A stretch of 62,436 nucleotides of DNA, counting the filler, from Sphacelaria rigidula (lineage: Eukaryota), in the NCBI GenBank assembly GCA_964200075.2. It is 6 parts of 6 records of this genome, joined end to end, with 100 filler letters (N's around TTAATTAATTAA, not from the genome) between each part and the next. Parts side by side here need not be neighbours in the genome. Positions count along the whole stretch, not along the records: positions 41,695 to 52,016 come from CAXNAA020006723.1; positions 52,117 to 62,436 come from CAXNAA020006724.1; 4 more parts are not named here. One strand, 5' to 3'. How positions within the stretch are numbered: the first letter of the stretch is position 1; each line of letters starts with the position of its first letter. The position numbers and the translations under genes are program-made. Below the pieces are notes generated by a model. The model worked only from the letters and a program-made list of their open reading frames with translations, was not told the DNA's origin and ran no database searches. This document shows positions 51,501 to 62,436 of the stretch, piece by piece.

Positions 51501-51884
51501 AGCCACTATACCGCCAACACAAGCATGTTTGTGGTGCGGAGTTTCTGTGCCCCGTAGTCATCACATACATACAGGTACTCCGCACCACTTGGAAGAGCCA
51601 CTACTGCATGAAACCGGATAGTGACAGGGGCGGGCTACCGGAAGGTTTGTCAGCATCAGACATTCACGAGATGATGCTACATACACTTCGTTGATATATG
51701 TGCCGTGGACTCACGCAAGCCTATGGAGGCCACGCCGAAGTCAGCTCTCGCGGCCCAGCACTCTTCGTCGGGTGTCAGTCCTACTCTTATCCGCGGCGTC
51801 CCGTCCCCTGGAGTATGGCCGTCTGAATTGGTAGCTCTCGTCACGCGTCGATGCTCAATCTCCGCGCATGTTGCCGTCACGTAG
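42598..51884 (-). CDS. CFAP54: Cilia- and flagella-associated protein 54, N-terminal part (partial gene); exons 51884-51715, 51179-51067, 50137-49976, 49265-49161, 47134-46886, 46104-45811, 45433-45306, 45028-44910, 44389-44235, 44136-44047, 43578-43429, 42741-42598
   Basis: Twelve GT-AG exons chain in phase without stops. The spliced product DPHIRFPSTL...AIAWLVHEGAIQLFEWCEPL..GHG..LSEFLAWANLASESIVNLSTVK/HLPWRTRLAVATCYAFED..AAAKCAGHAIEK/VLELRRQEEIDPPVP..EDLRLLDFKY matches the remembered CFAP54 N-terminal pattern (WL++NG....YL.W....MES...L..+YL.WR..LY..+C.CY). The middle exons are less certain. Confidence 0.85.
47880..48245 (+). mobile_element. Full-length tRNA-derived SINE (~365 bp), antisense in a CFAP54 intron
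   Basis: A-box tggctcgtttgg, B-box ggttcgaatc, conserved body, (CA)n tail; at least six copies or fragments in the window. Confidence 0.88.
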
Positions 51885-51974
51885 CTGTAGAAGTGATCAC
51901 GTGCGCAGGAAAATTCCCCCTGGTATTGGTGCGAGGGTCCACAGATTCCGAACTATTACTCCCACCCGAATATA

Positions 51975-52016
51975 GCCGGTCGCCCCTGTGGCTCAGTTGG
52001 TAACCTCGTAACCATC
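51975..52016 (+). mobile_element. 5' head of the same SINE, cut by the contig end
   Basis: gccggtcgcccctgtggctcagttggtaacctcg. Confidence 0.75.
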
Positions 52017-52116
52017 NNNNNNNNNNNNNNNNNNNNNNNNNNNNNNNNNNNNNNNNNNNNTTAATTAATTAANNNNNNNNNNNNNNNNNNNNNNNNNNNN
52101 NNNNNNNNNNNNNNNN
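52017..52116. other. Artificial contig linker
   Basis: 44 N + TTAATTAATTAA + 44 N. Confidence 0.98.
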
Positions 52117-52117
52117 G

Positions 52118-52148
<31 letters not shown>

Positions 52149-52677
52149 CGGGGGGGGGGGGGGGCGGGGTACGAATGAAAGACCCCCCTGAAAAGGAACA
52201 GAATGCTTGTAGGCATCCCTTCTTTTTATCTTCGGGGCTCAAAAATAGCAAACTGGGAGTCATCCTCCTTGCTTCGCGTTTGTCTGGCGTATTTATGGTG
52301 CTGCTGCAGCGTGAGCAATGGTAGACCACCGGGTAGGCGTGGGGATCTATACACGTGTGCGTGGCCAAGTTGTTATGGTGACAACCGGATGGAGTGAGTT
52401 ATATTTATACTTCGAAGTATATGTTTAGTGCTTGAGTATATCTGTGGGGGGACAACCCACCCAATGTCTCTTGTACATTGCGTGACTGGCTTACTTCTAG
52501 CGGTGAGCTGAACGAGGTACCGGAAATGTCGTGTAAAGCAGCCACTGTGCAAAACTCCCCTCCTCGATGACCAAAGGATATTGGGTATGATTGAGTCTAG
52601 TGTGACGAGGATCACAACGATTGCTCGTGCATGTTACAACGAATATGGTTTTGATTTGATTTGATTGTCGCATTTCA

Positions 52678-53036
52678 GACCGGTCGCCCCGGTGGCTCAG
52701 TGGGTCACCTCGACACCTTCTGACGGTTGGGTCGTGGGTTCGATTCTCGGAGCGATCCGGGATTTGTTCTCACACCATGCCCAACGGTGGAGAGCGACTA
52801 TGTCGTGGGTACACGAAAGCGGACTTGACGGTCGACGAGGGTAAGGGATTGCTGAACCTTTCTCGTGATAAAAAATGAAGGCAAACACCGCAGAAGGAAG
52901 GTGGGGTACTAAAAACAAAAGAAAAAGCTCCGGTGTTGACCTTCCTCCTGTGTGACCCCGGCTGATGCGCCCACATACACCGAAAGGTATAGACCGGCGT
53001 CCAGAATGGATGGGACGACAACACAAAACACACACA
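52678..53036 (+). mobile_element. Full-length SINE with 7-bp TSD CATTTCA, nested in a retroelement 3' end
   Basis: A-box tggctcagtggg, B-box ggttcgattc; CATTTCA at 52671-52677 and 53037-53043. Confidence 0.88.
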
Positions 53037-56000
53037 CATTTCAACTTTCCCCTCAGGGATCCATCCGTGGTCACATGACAAACACATCTGAAACACAACA
53101 AAACTTAAACAATCGCTGAAGGAAAAAGAAGAAAACAGGAAAGATCGAAAACAGAGTAGACCAAGAAAAGAAGATAAATAAAAAAAGAAAAATGACTGAT
53201 AAACCCTGCGAGCCCATGCCCTTGCTAGGGGCGAGCAGGTTGAGTAACGCACAAGTCTACACATGAAAATAAAAATGTTGATTCTCTAGGCCACCAGGAT
53301 ATGCTCCTTGGAATATCAGGATCTAGATATCTGTACACGATATTCTGGTACTACAATAATTTGCCGTACACACGTAGTTAGTACTACTTACACTCGTTAC
53401 ATATTGCTTCCAGAATCGAAATTCTACAGTAATACAACTATTTCTCGCATCAGACACACTAATTCCATCTTTCGTCGTACTTCTACACAGATGGACACTT
53501 TGCTCTCGCCGAGGGGTACATGAGCCGGTACCCTCGGAAGTGCGCACATCGTAGAGGGTTTCCCAATAGAACCACCCTGCACAAGGCCGGGCCTTGCACT
53601 ACTATGCGCCTGGGAAGGACGTTCATTTCGTTCACGCATTGCAACAACAAGATGGAGAGATGAAGATCGTTTGCTCAAGATCGCCACCCGGCTACTCGCA
53701 GTTTTGCCTGCCACAGCGCCAAGATTTCGCCGGCAACCTCAATCGTGCGATGCATTTATTTCGGTGGTTGGGAGTATCATCGGCGAGCTTTCTTCTTCTT
53801 CCTCGCAGCGTCCTGAACGGGGGTCAACGCCAATATACGCGGACCGGGTGGAAGAAGGGAAGGGTGACGGTATTTCCTAGCATTAATGGTCCATGGTTCA
53901 GCCGGAAATACTGTACCATAGTGTAGATACATGGCTTCGGGCCCATATCACCGAAGTCGACTGTATTCAGACAATGACAGGATATCCATTGAATCGATGA
54001 TGTCGGTATCTTGAATGCATAGTCGACTTGGTTTATTCTTCAACACGTCGAGTCCACATTCTCATATGGCAATGCATCTCCGTTGCTGGTACAGGGGCGC
54101 ACCATTCTACATGCTCGAGCGTAATAGTTTGGTCTTGTTTTCGAATTTATTCGCGAGTGGACTACGAGGTGGCCTAGGCTAGGAATGGATTCGTAGTTTT
54201 CAGGCAGTCTAACGCCTCAGTTTTGTGAGTTGTGCTTTGAAATTAGGCACGAAAAATAGCAAGGGCATCATGAACGGAAATAATCTGCAAGATATTTAGT
54301 TCTTCTCTGCGTGAGTTGAGGGCGAAAACCAAAATCCATTTTCACGAAAGCGTTCTTCACTAATCAAAAACATCTCAACGTGTCGTACATGTATTTTTAC
54401 TGTCCCTGCGATTCTTCACACCATTTACCGGAGCACAACGCTCAAAACTGAGCTGCTGAATACAGATTTACAGGCTGGGCCAACCTGAAATCGGAGTTGT
54501 GTGCCGTAGGCCATTCGACAGTTCAGTTCTGAGGGTTGTGTTTATAATTATTTAGAATGGAAAATCACAAAGGCGTAATACAAAAATACGCCAAGACATT
54601 GACACACTTACATAATTATGAGTGAAAACAATTTCTTGCAGGATATTCACTAACTCATGAACAAAATATCTTCATGTCTTGGCGGTGTGTGAAATGCCCT
54701 TAACAATATATTCTTGAGATTGAGAGTAGAGGATACGACTGAGAGTGAAAATCGGACAATTAGTGAATGAATCGATTCGGTTCCGAAAGGTTCCTCCACG
54801 AGGACCGATATGTTTTCTGTAGTAGCTTGCCACTGAGGCCCTTGATATCCCCGAGTAGGATATCGACGTGTAGCTGTAACCACACGCTAGTGAGAGATAT
54901 AAAGAAAAGCGCACAAGGGACGAAAAATTGGCTAGGTCAAGGCAAATTACCAAAGCCACTCTCAATTAGCGCTCTACTCTCATTTTCACGAAAACGTTTT
55001 TCCTTCCCAAGTTTCAAAGCACAACTCTCAAAATTGAGACGCCGCATCCGGATTTTGTGTGCTGTTTAAGTTAGAGGCAATAAACGAGATCTGTTTTGCA
55101 TGAGAGTGTCCTGAGCGCATGAAAAAAAGTGAAAAACTCAATATGACGAACGTAACTTTGCACTTGCGATACTCCATACAAGGTGTCAAAGCACGTCTCT
55201 CAAAACTGAGACGGGAAAATCCTAAAGTAGTGCGTGTAGTGCCCCTCCTCGTAATATATTGAGTTTGGTGTGGAATATTACCGCGCCATATCTCTATATA
55301 AACATTGAAATAGGCCAAGGTGAGGGTATCGATCGTTTCCCCGTGCCCTGCGGAATGCTCACACCAGAAATCATCGTCATCCGCTGTTCATACGAGCTGG
55401 GCCGGCCTAGACGTGGGTTTGAGCTCCCAAAGCAACATCTGATCGACTTAGACTAGTTGGGCCGTGATCCGCACATCGTATTAATCTTGTGATCATGGGG
55501 AAGGTGCCTACCTGCCGCAAAGGCTGGGCCATTTTTTTCTCGTTGATTAAATCGCATGTCTAGTAAATCCTATACCGTAGGGACACAGCATCCATACTAA
55601 AATATGTATGAAACGCCGAACGATAGAAACAGCGGATGATAACGATTTTTGGTGTGGACATTCCCTGGAGTACGGGGAAACGGTTCATACTTTTACTTCT
55701 ACCTGATTCTTATATGCCTCGAGGTATGACGCACATAAATGTTCATAAAACAAATCAATATATTTCGAGCAGAGGCACTTGATGCACTAAATCTAGAAAT
55801 TGCGTCTCAGTTTTTGAGAGCTCTGCTTTGAAATTTTCGTGTGGAGGATCGCTAGTGCGTAGTAAAAACGAAGCATATTCTTTTCCGAGCTGTCTTTCTC
55901 ATATTCTTTGATTTTTTAGGGGAGTTTTAAAGCGGAATGGACAATGCTCTCGGACCCCATCTCAGTTTTTCAGCTCAAGTTTAAGAATTGAGATTCGAAA

Positions 56001-56267
56001 CTTATCATGGACAATCGCAAAGTCATGCCCAAGAAATGAAATGAATGGACCCTTCCATTTTTTGTTTTGGAGAGGTATGGGCATTTCCGTGGAAATATGG
56101 TATTTTCTACACTAACACGTCCTCCACAAGATATATATATATATAAACATTTCCCACTTTTTTTTTCGTTTTGGCCCAGCGAGGCCCCACACAAAGATTC
56201 AAAAGACAAGCACCAAAAATTGGCCGGGAAATGGCCTGGAGAATGTCGTTCCGAATTTCACCCGGCC

Positions 56268-56565
56268 CGGTTTCTAAATCGCCACGTCTCCGCTCAATTT
56301 CGGGAATTGGGCTTTTTAACTTTGGTACGGACAAAGAGAGAGCATGTTGAAAAAAATTCAAGCGGCACATTGAGTTCTTTTTTTTCCCCGTGAGTTGACG
56401 GCATTTTCCTCATAACTAGGTACTGATTACTGGCACTAACTCACACAAAAAAGAGAAAACTGGATTTGCCGCTTGACATGTTTTTAGCATGCCCTATTCT
56501 TTCTCCGTACCAAATTTGAAAGTCCAACTCCCAAAATTGAGGGGAGACGAGGTCTGCAAGCCGAA
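56268..56565. repeat. Degenerate inverted repeat within a block of CTCAATTT/AAATTGAG motifs
   Basis: cgtctccgctcaatttcgggaattggg...tttggtacgga...tcaagcggca pairs with tgccgcttga...tccgtaccaaa...ccaactcccaaaattgaggggagacg. Confidence 0.65.
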
Positions 56566-56592
56566 AATTCGCGTCAAGGCCGACCCAGCTCG

Positions 56593-56624
<32 letters not shown>

Positions 56625-56687
56625 GGTTTCGTATAGCACTAGTATCAAAATATCTCCGTACGTCACGGGGTTGGCTCGATGTGGTGT

Positions 56688-58238
56688 TTAATTATGGAGA
56701 GAAAAAATGACTGGGCTGCTGGGTAGGTGGGCACCTGCCCCTTCAATAGACGATTCATAAGGTGTGCGGTCGATGAACCAATTTCTCGGCGTCGATGAAA
56801 TATGGCTGTGGCAACATGAGCCCGTCTTTACGCTGGCCCAGCTTGTATTGGCATATACTGTAGTGTGTTCAGCTGCTGATACGAATACGTTGAATGCCCG
56901 AACCTTCGTCGATGTGGGGTTGAGCGCGTCGTCCCAGGTCCATCTTGGTGCTTCATGTCTCGATCTGGTGGTGCTCGTGTGCGCCCTCTTGCCCGCGGAG
57001 GCCTCCGACGCACTGTCTGAAGACCCGGTTCCCATGAATGTTCTGTCGAGGCCCTGCTTACAATCAGCAATGAGATAGGCGGTACGAGCGCGTGTTGTCG
57101 GGGAATGGATGTCGGTGAGATGCCTGTCGCGGACGTGTCGGCGTGAGAAACGAACCTCTCTTATCCGTCTCGCGCGAACGCCACTCGATGCATCAATAGC
57201 AGGGTAAATTGGAATGAGCAAAGCGTCAACCCGACGCACCCAACTCAAAGCATCAGCCACAGCAATCCCAGCAAAAAATAGCGGTAGGAACGCCTGTTTA
57301 AAGTACAAACATGGCATTACTCGACTTAACAGCGCTTCGCCGCTCGTTTGACCACTCGATGAAGTCCCAGCAGGAGCGACCTCATCAAAAGACACCGCAA
57401 TCTCGTCGGAACACCGCTTGGCTCCAGACCTCCTGGTTGCTGCTGATGTAGACCGCCCACGGTGCCCAATCCTCCCCACCGCACCGTGACTGCTGCTCTC
57501 CTTCTCTGGAAACACTTTCCCGTTGACGTTTGGGACTTGGCTAGTCGATGGCCAAGTCGAGGGACCCCCAACAGCTGCGGCTTCGTCGGAAGACTCAGTT
57601 CGCGCGTCGCACGAGCGCTTGCTTGTAGATCTCTTTGTCGTTACTGGTGTACACAATCGAGGGAGCCCGACGCTCCCGACCGCACCGTCGCTCCCGACCG
57701 CACCGTCGCTCTCGCTCCCATTTGCCGGGGGCATTCCTCCATTAAGGACCGATACTCGACTACTCGACGAACTACTCGACACTTCCCCGACAGCAACAAA
57801 GGTATCAACGCCAACGGCCGCCATGTCGTCCACCGTCCTCTTGACCGCGGGCCTCGTGTCGTCGGATACTGGCAGAGCCTCCTGAGGAGACGCTACCGCA
57901 CCGCCTATTCCGTTGTCCGCTGCACTCTCCACCGCACCGTCACGGGCCGCGGAACTCACACTGTCGAGCACGCTTGCACGTTTCTTGGCCGCAGCCAGTC
58001 TCTTCGCCTCGAGCTCTCTCTTCCTCTCGGCGTACGACTTGTCAACCACTGTTGCCAGGGACGGAGCGTAGTCGTGACGGGATGCCGCGTACCCGGGTGC
58101 GACGAAACGTCGGGGACGATCTATCGTGGAGGATGAAGGCGTCGTCGGACGGGCGGGTGCTTTTGCGAAAAAGCAAAAAAAATCGAAACCCGTATTTGGT
58201 GTTGCGGAGGGGGGAGCAGCGCCGAGGACACTATGCAT
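56688..58238 (-). CDS. Hypothetical low-complexity (S/A/G-rich) protein with a short coiled coil; true exon limits unknown
   Basis: 516-codon open frame; YAERKRELEAKRLAAAKKRA; in-frame 18-bp repeat (SDGAVG); no recognised domain. Confidence 0.45.
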   Translation of the reverse strand: MHSVLGAAPPSATPNTGFDFFCFFAKAPARPTTPSSSTIDRPRRFVAPGYAASRHDYAPSLATVVDKSYAERKRELEAKRLAAAKKRASVLDSVSSAARDGAVESAADNGIGGAVASPQEALPVSDDTRPAVKRTVDDMAAVGVDTFVAVGEVSSSSSSSRVSVLNGGMPPANGSESDGAVGSDGAVGSVGLPRLCTPVTTKRSTSKRSCDARTESSDEAAAVGGPSTWPSTSQVPNVNGKVFPEKESSSHGAVGRIGHRGRSTSAATRRSGAKRCSDEIAVSFDEVAPAGTSSSGQTSGEALLSRVMPCLYFKQAFLPLFFAGIAVADALSWVRRVDALLIPIYPAIDASSGVRARRIREVRFSRRHVRDRHLTDIHSPTTRARTAYLIADCKQGLDRTFMGTGSSDSASEASAGKRAHTSTTRSRHEAPRWTWDDALNPTSTKVRAFNVFVSAAEHTTVYANTSWASVKTGSCCHSHISSTPRNWFIDRTPYESSIEGAGAHLPSSPVIFSLHN

Positions 58239-59021
58239 TATCGGTGGGGTCGGGGTAGGGAAACCAGGAAAGTTTCAACGCCGTGAAGAGTTAGTGGCGC
58301 TCAGCTTTTATGTTCGAGAATATGTTGTCAAGCTGTTCAAGGTGCTACGACGACCCCTTCATTTGGGAAAGTATCTCATCACAGCTACGACATACACTTT
58401 ACTCCTGTTTGAAAGAAATATGAGTCGAGGACGATGGAGCACGTGTTTCAAGAAGAGGGCTATCAGTTTATGCGGAGTATATACCTGCAGGTATTAGAAC
58501 AGTAGATTTTCCGTGTATGTAGTCTTTGATTACATCATCCGCGCATGAGCGATTATATCTGATGTGTCAGGCCCGTGTTCACAACTGATATGCGTCTCAC
58601 TTCTCCCTGTCTCGCTTCGTGATTTACAGCGGATGGGCGTCCTTAGCTCGGGTTGTGCCGCTTGCTTGCCTTGATGTTTTGATTCGATTCGCACACATTT
58701 CCACTCTCCCGCAATTATTCGGCGGCCTGTTTTCTCCACGCTTATGATATTTTCGGGATATGGTCTAAGCTGCATACATGGGATGGAAAGATTTGATCAA
58801 CGGATTGATGTATTCTGGGGATGGTCGAAATCGCTTGGCAAGATACCGAAAACGGTTTCGAAATTCATCCCTCGTTTGGTTGGCAATATAGGAGTATTTC
58901 GTGAATACTCAGTGAGGACTGTCACGCCAAAAATGGACAAGATGTCTCTGAACTATCTAATCTCACAAGTCGTCCTAGCGCCACGCCTTCACACTCGCTA
59001 TGATATCCTTGCACAACTCAC

Positions 59022-59350
59022 CCGATGAGCCCGCACCCGAGGAAGCACTCCGAGAGCTCTTCTTCGCCGGTTGGTTCTTGTCAGCCTTTGTTGCCGAATT
59101 CCGCTCCTTCTTAGCTCGGGACTCCTGCTTAGCGGCTCTTGCAGCTGCCTGCTTCTCTTTGCGGGCTTTTGCCGCTTGTTGTCTTTTGTCTTCCTTGTCC
59201 TTCTCCTCTTCGTACGCATTCTTGGCGGCAATCGCGTCATCTCTTCTTCGCTGCTGTCTTTCAAAATACGCCTGTTTACAGTCCAACATGCTCGGCAGCC
59301 ATGTCGCGACAAACGATTTCGGGGAACGCAGCGTCAGAGACGGTGACGAG
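59022..59350 (-). CDS. Probable exon of an unknown K/A/E-rich coiled-coil protein
   Basis: Acceptor tgtcacag near 59351 and donor gtgagt near 59021; FERQQRRRDDAIAAKNAYEEEKDKEDKRQQAAKARKEKQ. Confidence 0.45.
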
Positions 59351-60344
59351 CTGTGACAGATATCTTGTCGTCATTTTGTTTTTCGAAATGCTGGACGTTT
59401 TCTCCGCATGCTTGGAACGGACATACTGCACGTGGATTGTCCTAATCTAGCAGTACGACGAAGAGCACACCTACTGTATGTGGTAGGTGTAGAGGTGTCA
59501 TGTTGTGGTCTTGGTAAGAGGTTTGACGGCAAGGTACTCGCGGAGCGTTAACGCTCAGGTTATGTACACCATACCGGAGCACTATTGCGTGTTCCTATTT
59601 TCGTACGTGAGCCTCAATCTCATTATACGCTCGTCGTGTAGTGAAGCACATAGGCGGCAATACAATATCATCCACCTCACACCCTGCGCTTTTCAAACAT
59701 CAACACTGTCAAAGAACGTCCCCGTAACATGTCGTCCTTACATCTACTTCTCTCCTGAAGAACTCCACTCCGTATCCTGGAGTCGCCCCCGTTGCGAGCG
59801 TCATAGCACCGTAAATATTGTTGGGGCCCAAGAGAACGTTTTGTACGGTCTCATCATCGAGAGTGCCTCTCATCGTTGAGCACTTGTATCTTGGTCGGGT
59901 ACACATCGGAAATATTGCTGATGACGAGAACAGGTGAGGACAGAAGAAACGTCGGAGGCGGGTCGGGCGCGCACGGTCTGAGCTACTGTAAATCGCTAAT
60001 AATTTTGACACTGAAGGAACGTTGAATCGAGGTTTTTGTTCAAGGTCCTTTTTGGCGTTCGCCTTAGAACGGTTGGTATTATTTATTCAGTAATCCTCGG
60101 AGCCCAGAACTGGACTATTTTGAGAAGCAACATCCTGGTGTTGTCGGCGGGTCAGGTTTCACCACGAGCGACGACGTGCATGTAGGGATATCTTATGTCG
60201 CCTACAAAACTCCATGGCCAGAAAGAACTATGCACGAAAACATTTCAGTCACTGTATGTACGTTTTCCCACTTTTATTGTCCCTCCACTATTGTATGCTC
60301 AAAATATTGCTCGTGATTGATGATGTGGACAACCTGCTTTCGAT

Positions 60345-61600
60345 GAAATTGGGATCAATCAGGAGTCTGAAAATCTGGGACAAGTATCGATGACTCGCAG
60401 GGTGGTACTTCGAGAGTCCACACATGATCTCCGCAATAGAAACCCCAATATTAAAGCTACCGACACCCAACGAACCCTGATGAAATGTTCTTTCTCTGGC
60501 TGTTCAAGTCACTCCTGATTCGGCTCGTGATTTCGGAAAAAAAAAGGAGCGGAAACCCAGGTCATCGTAAATTCGCACGCCCTCATGCCACGGAGTAAAT
60601 GTCTATTGTTCGTAAGTACTCCCCGAGTACAGTGGTAAGCTCGACACGTGGGCGTTGAGTACGGCAGGAGATCGTTCACGTTCGCCCGGTTGCCTCCACA
60701 GATGCGACCCCGGTGCTATGGCGTGCTTTAATTCACCCTTTGCCCCCCCGATCGAACATGCCACAGAGATATAACTATATTCTACTTGCTCCCCTTTGGT
60801 CAATCTCTTCGTATGCATGATTTACTGCACCTGCCGCTAGGCTCTATGTAACTCATCAATCGAGTAAAACGCACGAGGATATTTTGATTTTTTCACCTTG
60901 GTATTCCAGCGGATCTCCTCCGTCCAGTCAAATTATGCACACGTAAATGAAATAACTGCAATTGAACCGACCCGACCGATGAAATGCTGCTCACGATTGA
61001 TGATGAGTGGTGCCGCGATAGCCCGCCCCCCAAAGGTGGCTGGTTCGAGGAGACAAAATCTACATGCGAACCAAAAAGACAAGAGCCAAGCGCACCGAGT
61101 TGCTGGGAACTCCTTCGCTTCGAATCGCGTTCGCCGATGTCTTCCGTATGAGGCGCTCCATGCGGTTTGAAACCAGCGATCACACGCTGCATGGTCGTTT
61201 TTCTTCGTTATAATTTTGAGGTTGGTTTGGGGGATGGGGGGCTATCGCGGCATCCTCTGATGTAGGCAACTCGTTTTCTATTAAAGGGATCAATCAGGAG
61301 TCTGAAAATATGGGACAAAGAGCAATGATTCAGAGATTGATACTTTGAGAGTCCACACACATAATCTCCTCAGTGGAGGGCCTGACATCAAAGTCACCGA
61401 TACCCAACGAGCCCTCATGTCTGGCCAGCGCGCCTCCACGGTGGGTGACACTCCCCCGCCATGGTGTTCTCTGATGTATCATCTCCCTACGATGCAGCAT
61501 GCCACAGAGACCCAGCTATGTTATACCTTGTCCCCTTTGATCAACCTCTTATTCAAGTGCATGATTCACTACGCCTACCGGTATGAACTTCACGAATCAA
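60345..61600 (-). pseudogene. Tandemly duplicated, decayed coding unit of unknown family
   Basis: ~60351-60478 matches ~61286-61415 (CGLSKY...LS.IFRLLIDP) and ~60755-60860 matches ~61497-61600 (KRL.KG..V..S..SVAC). Stops and frameshifts are present. Confidence 0.5.
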
Positions 61601-62436
61601 GCAGGACTCATAAGGGCGTTTTTCCACCCTGGTTTTCGAATGGGTCCCCTCCGTCCAGTAAAAGTCTGTACGCAGCAGTTGGAATCAATGGAAATATACC
61701 GACCCGATCGATCCCCCAAGCGCGCACGGGGTCTGCAACATGCTTCTCGTATCAGAATCAAAACATGGGGTACTCACGCAGCACCGCGGCTGATGATTGT
61801 TGAGTATTGTCTACGCGCATCGGCACGATGATCAAGGAACCGTGAGATGATGAGGAGGTAAGGTGTCTATCCAAAGTATAATCACGTTGGGCAACTCACT
61901 TGATTTTAGAGGGACGCACGCCGATCGAGCTGACTTGCCAGCAATTTTCACCTTTACGTTGACAATGGAGTATCACAGAACGTCCTCGCGGGCTGTAGGC
62001 CAGGCGGCTAGGCGACTGGGCTGATGGACAGGCGGAAAGGCTTCAGGTGATATACTACACTGTAGTTTCGTGGACTGCAGGTTAACAAGATACTGCAGAT
62101 GGAGAAAACTATGTGGGAGTAGTGATGTGCGAACCGTAGGTCGTTGTCAAGTGATATGTCCGCACGAAGGGATGCTGAGCGTTGACATGATTTCGGTCAC
62201 TGTTGGATTCAACTCGATGCGGCGGAATTGGAAAATTGAAACCGTCAACTGGGAGTGGAACATGACATAAAAGTTCGTATCGGGAACATGATCTCGAATA
62301 TCATAGTGCAAAGTACAGAGTATAGCGACCCTTCCGCCACCCCGGCTTCTTCATCGTCTTACGACACTTTCTACGATAGCCCGTCCCCAAACCAGCTAAA
62401 AGTGTCACGAAAAAAATGGCCATACAGCGCCTGATG

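Noticed and set aside
1..62436. Endogenous phaeovirus (NCLDV) insertion or a multi-gene system spanning the window
   Set aside because: No viral hallmark genes or gene-dense intronless block were seen, and the contigs are artificially joined.

Overview
Eukaryotic, intron-rich and repeat-rich DNA, almost certainly from a brown alga (Phaeophyceae), judged from a typical LHCF/FCP gene with a bipartite plastid presequence. The window is not one locus. It is six contigs of about 10.3 kb (10324, 10324, 10323, 10323, 10322, 10320 bp; sorted by length) joined by identical artificial 100-bp linkers (44 N + TTAATTAATTAA + 44 N). Most six-frame ORFs are spurious; the real genes are spliced and were rebuilt by eye from GT-AG sites and exon phase. 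Contig 1 holds a SAM + C3HC4-RING gene with a very long E/Q microsatellite exon and a probable upstream transmembrane exon, a ~700-bp hairpin in its intron, and an ORF of 37-aa tandem repeats. Contig 2 holds the last two exons of an SH3b-like-domain gene and the last exon of an FBH1/UvrD-like helicase. Contig 3 holds LINE fragments and foldback MITEs. Contig 4 holds a complete two-exon LHCF gene. Contig 5 holds 12 consecutive in-phase exons of CFAP54. Contig 6 holds a nested SINE and unidentified, partly duplicated coding remnants. A tRNA-derived SINE family and many MITEs (hAT-like, Tc1-like, foldback) occur throughout. No CRISPR array, rRNA or intact tRNA was found. All homology calls are from recalled motifs; no database search was run.
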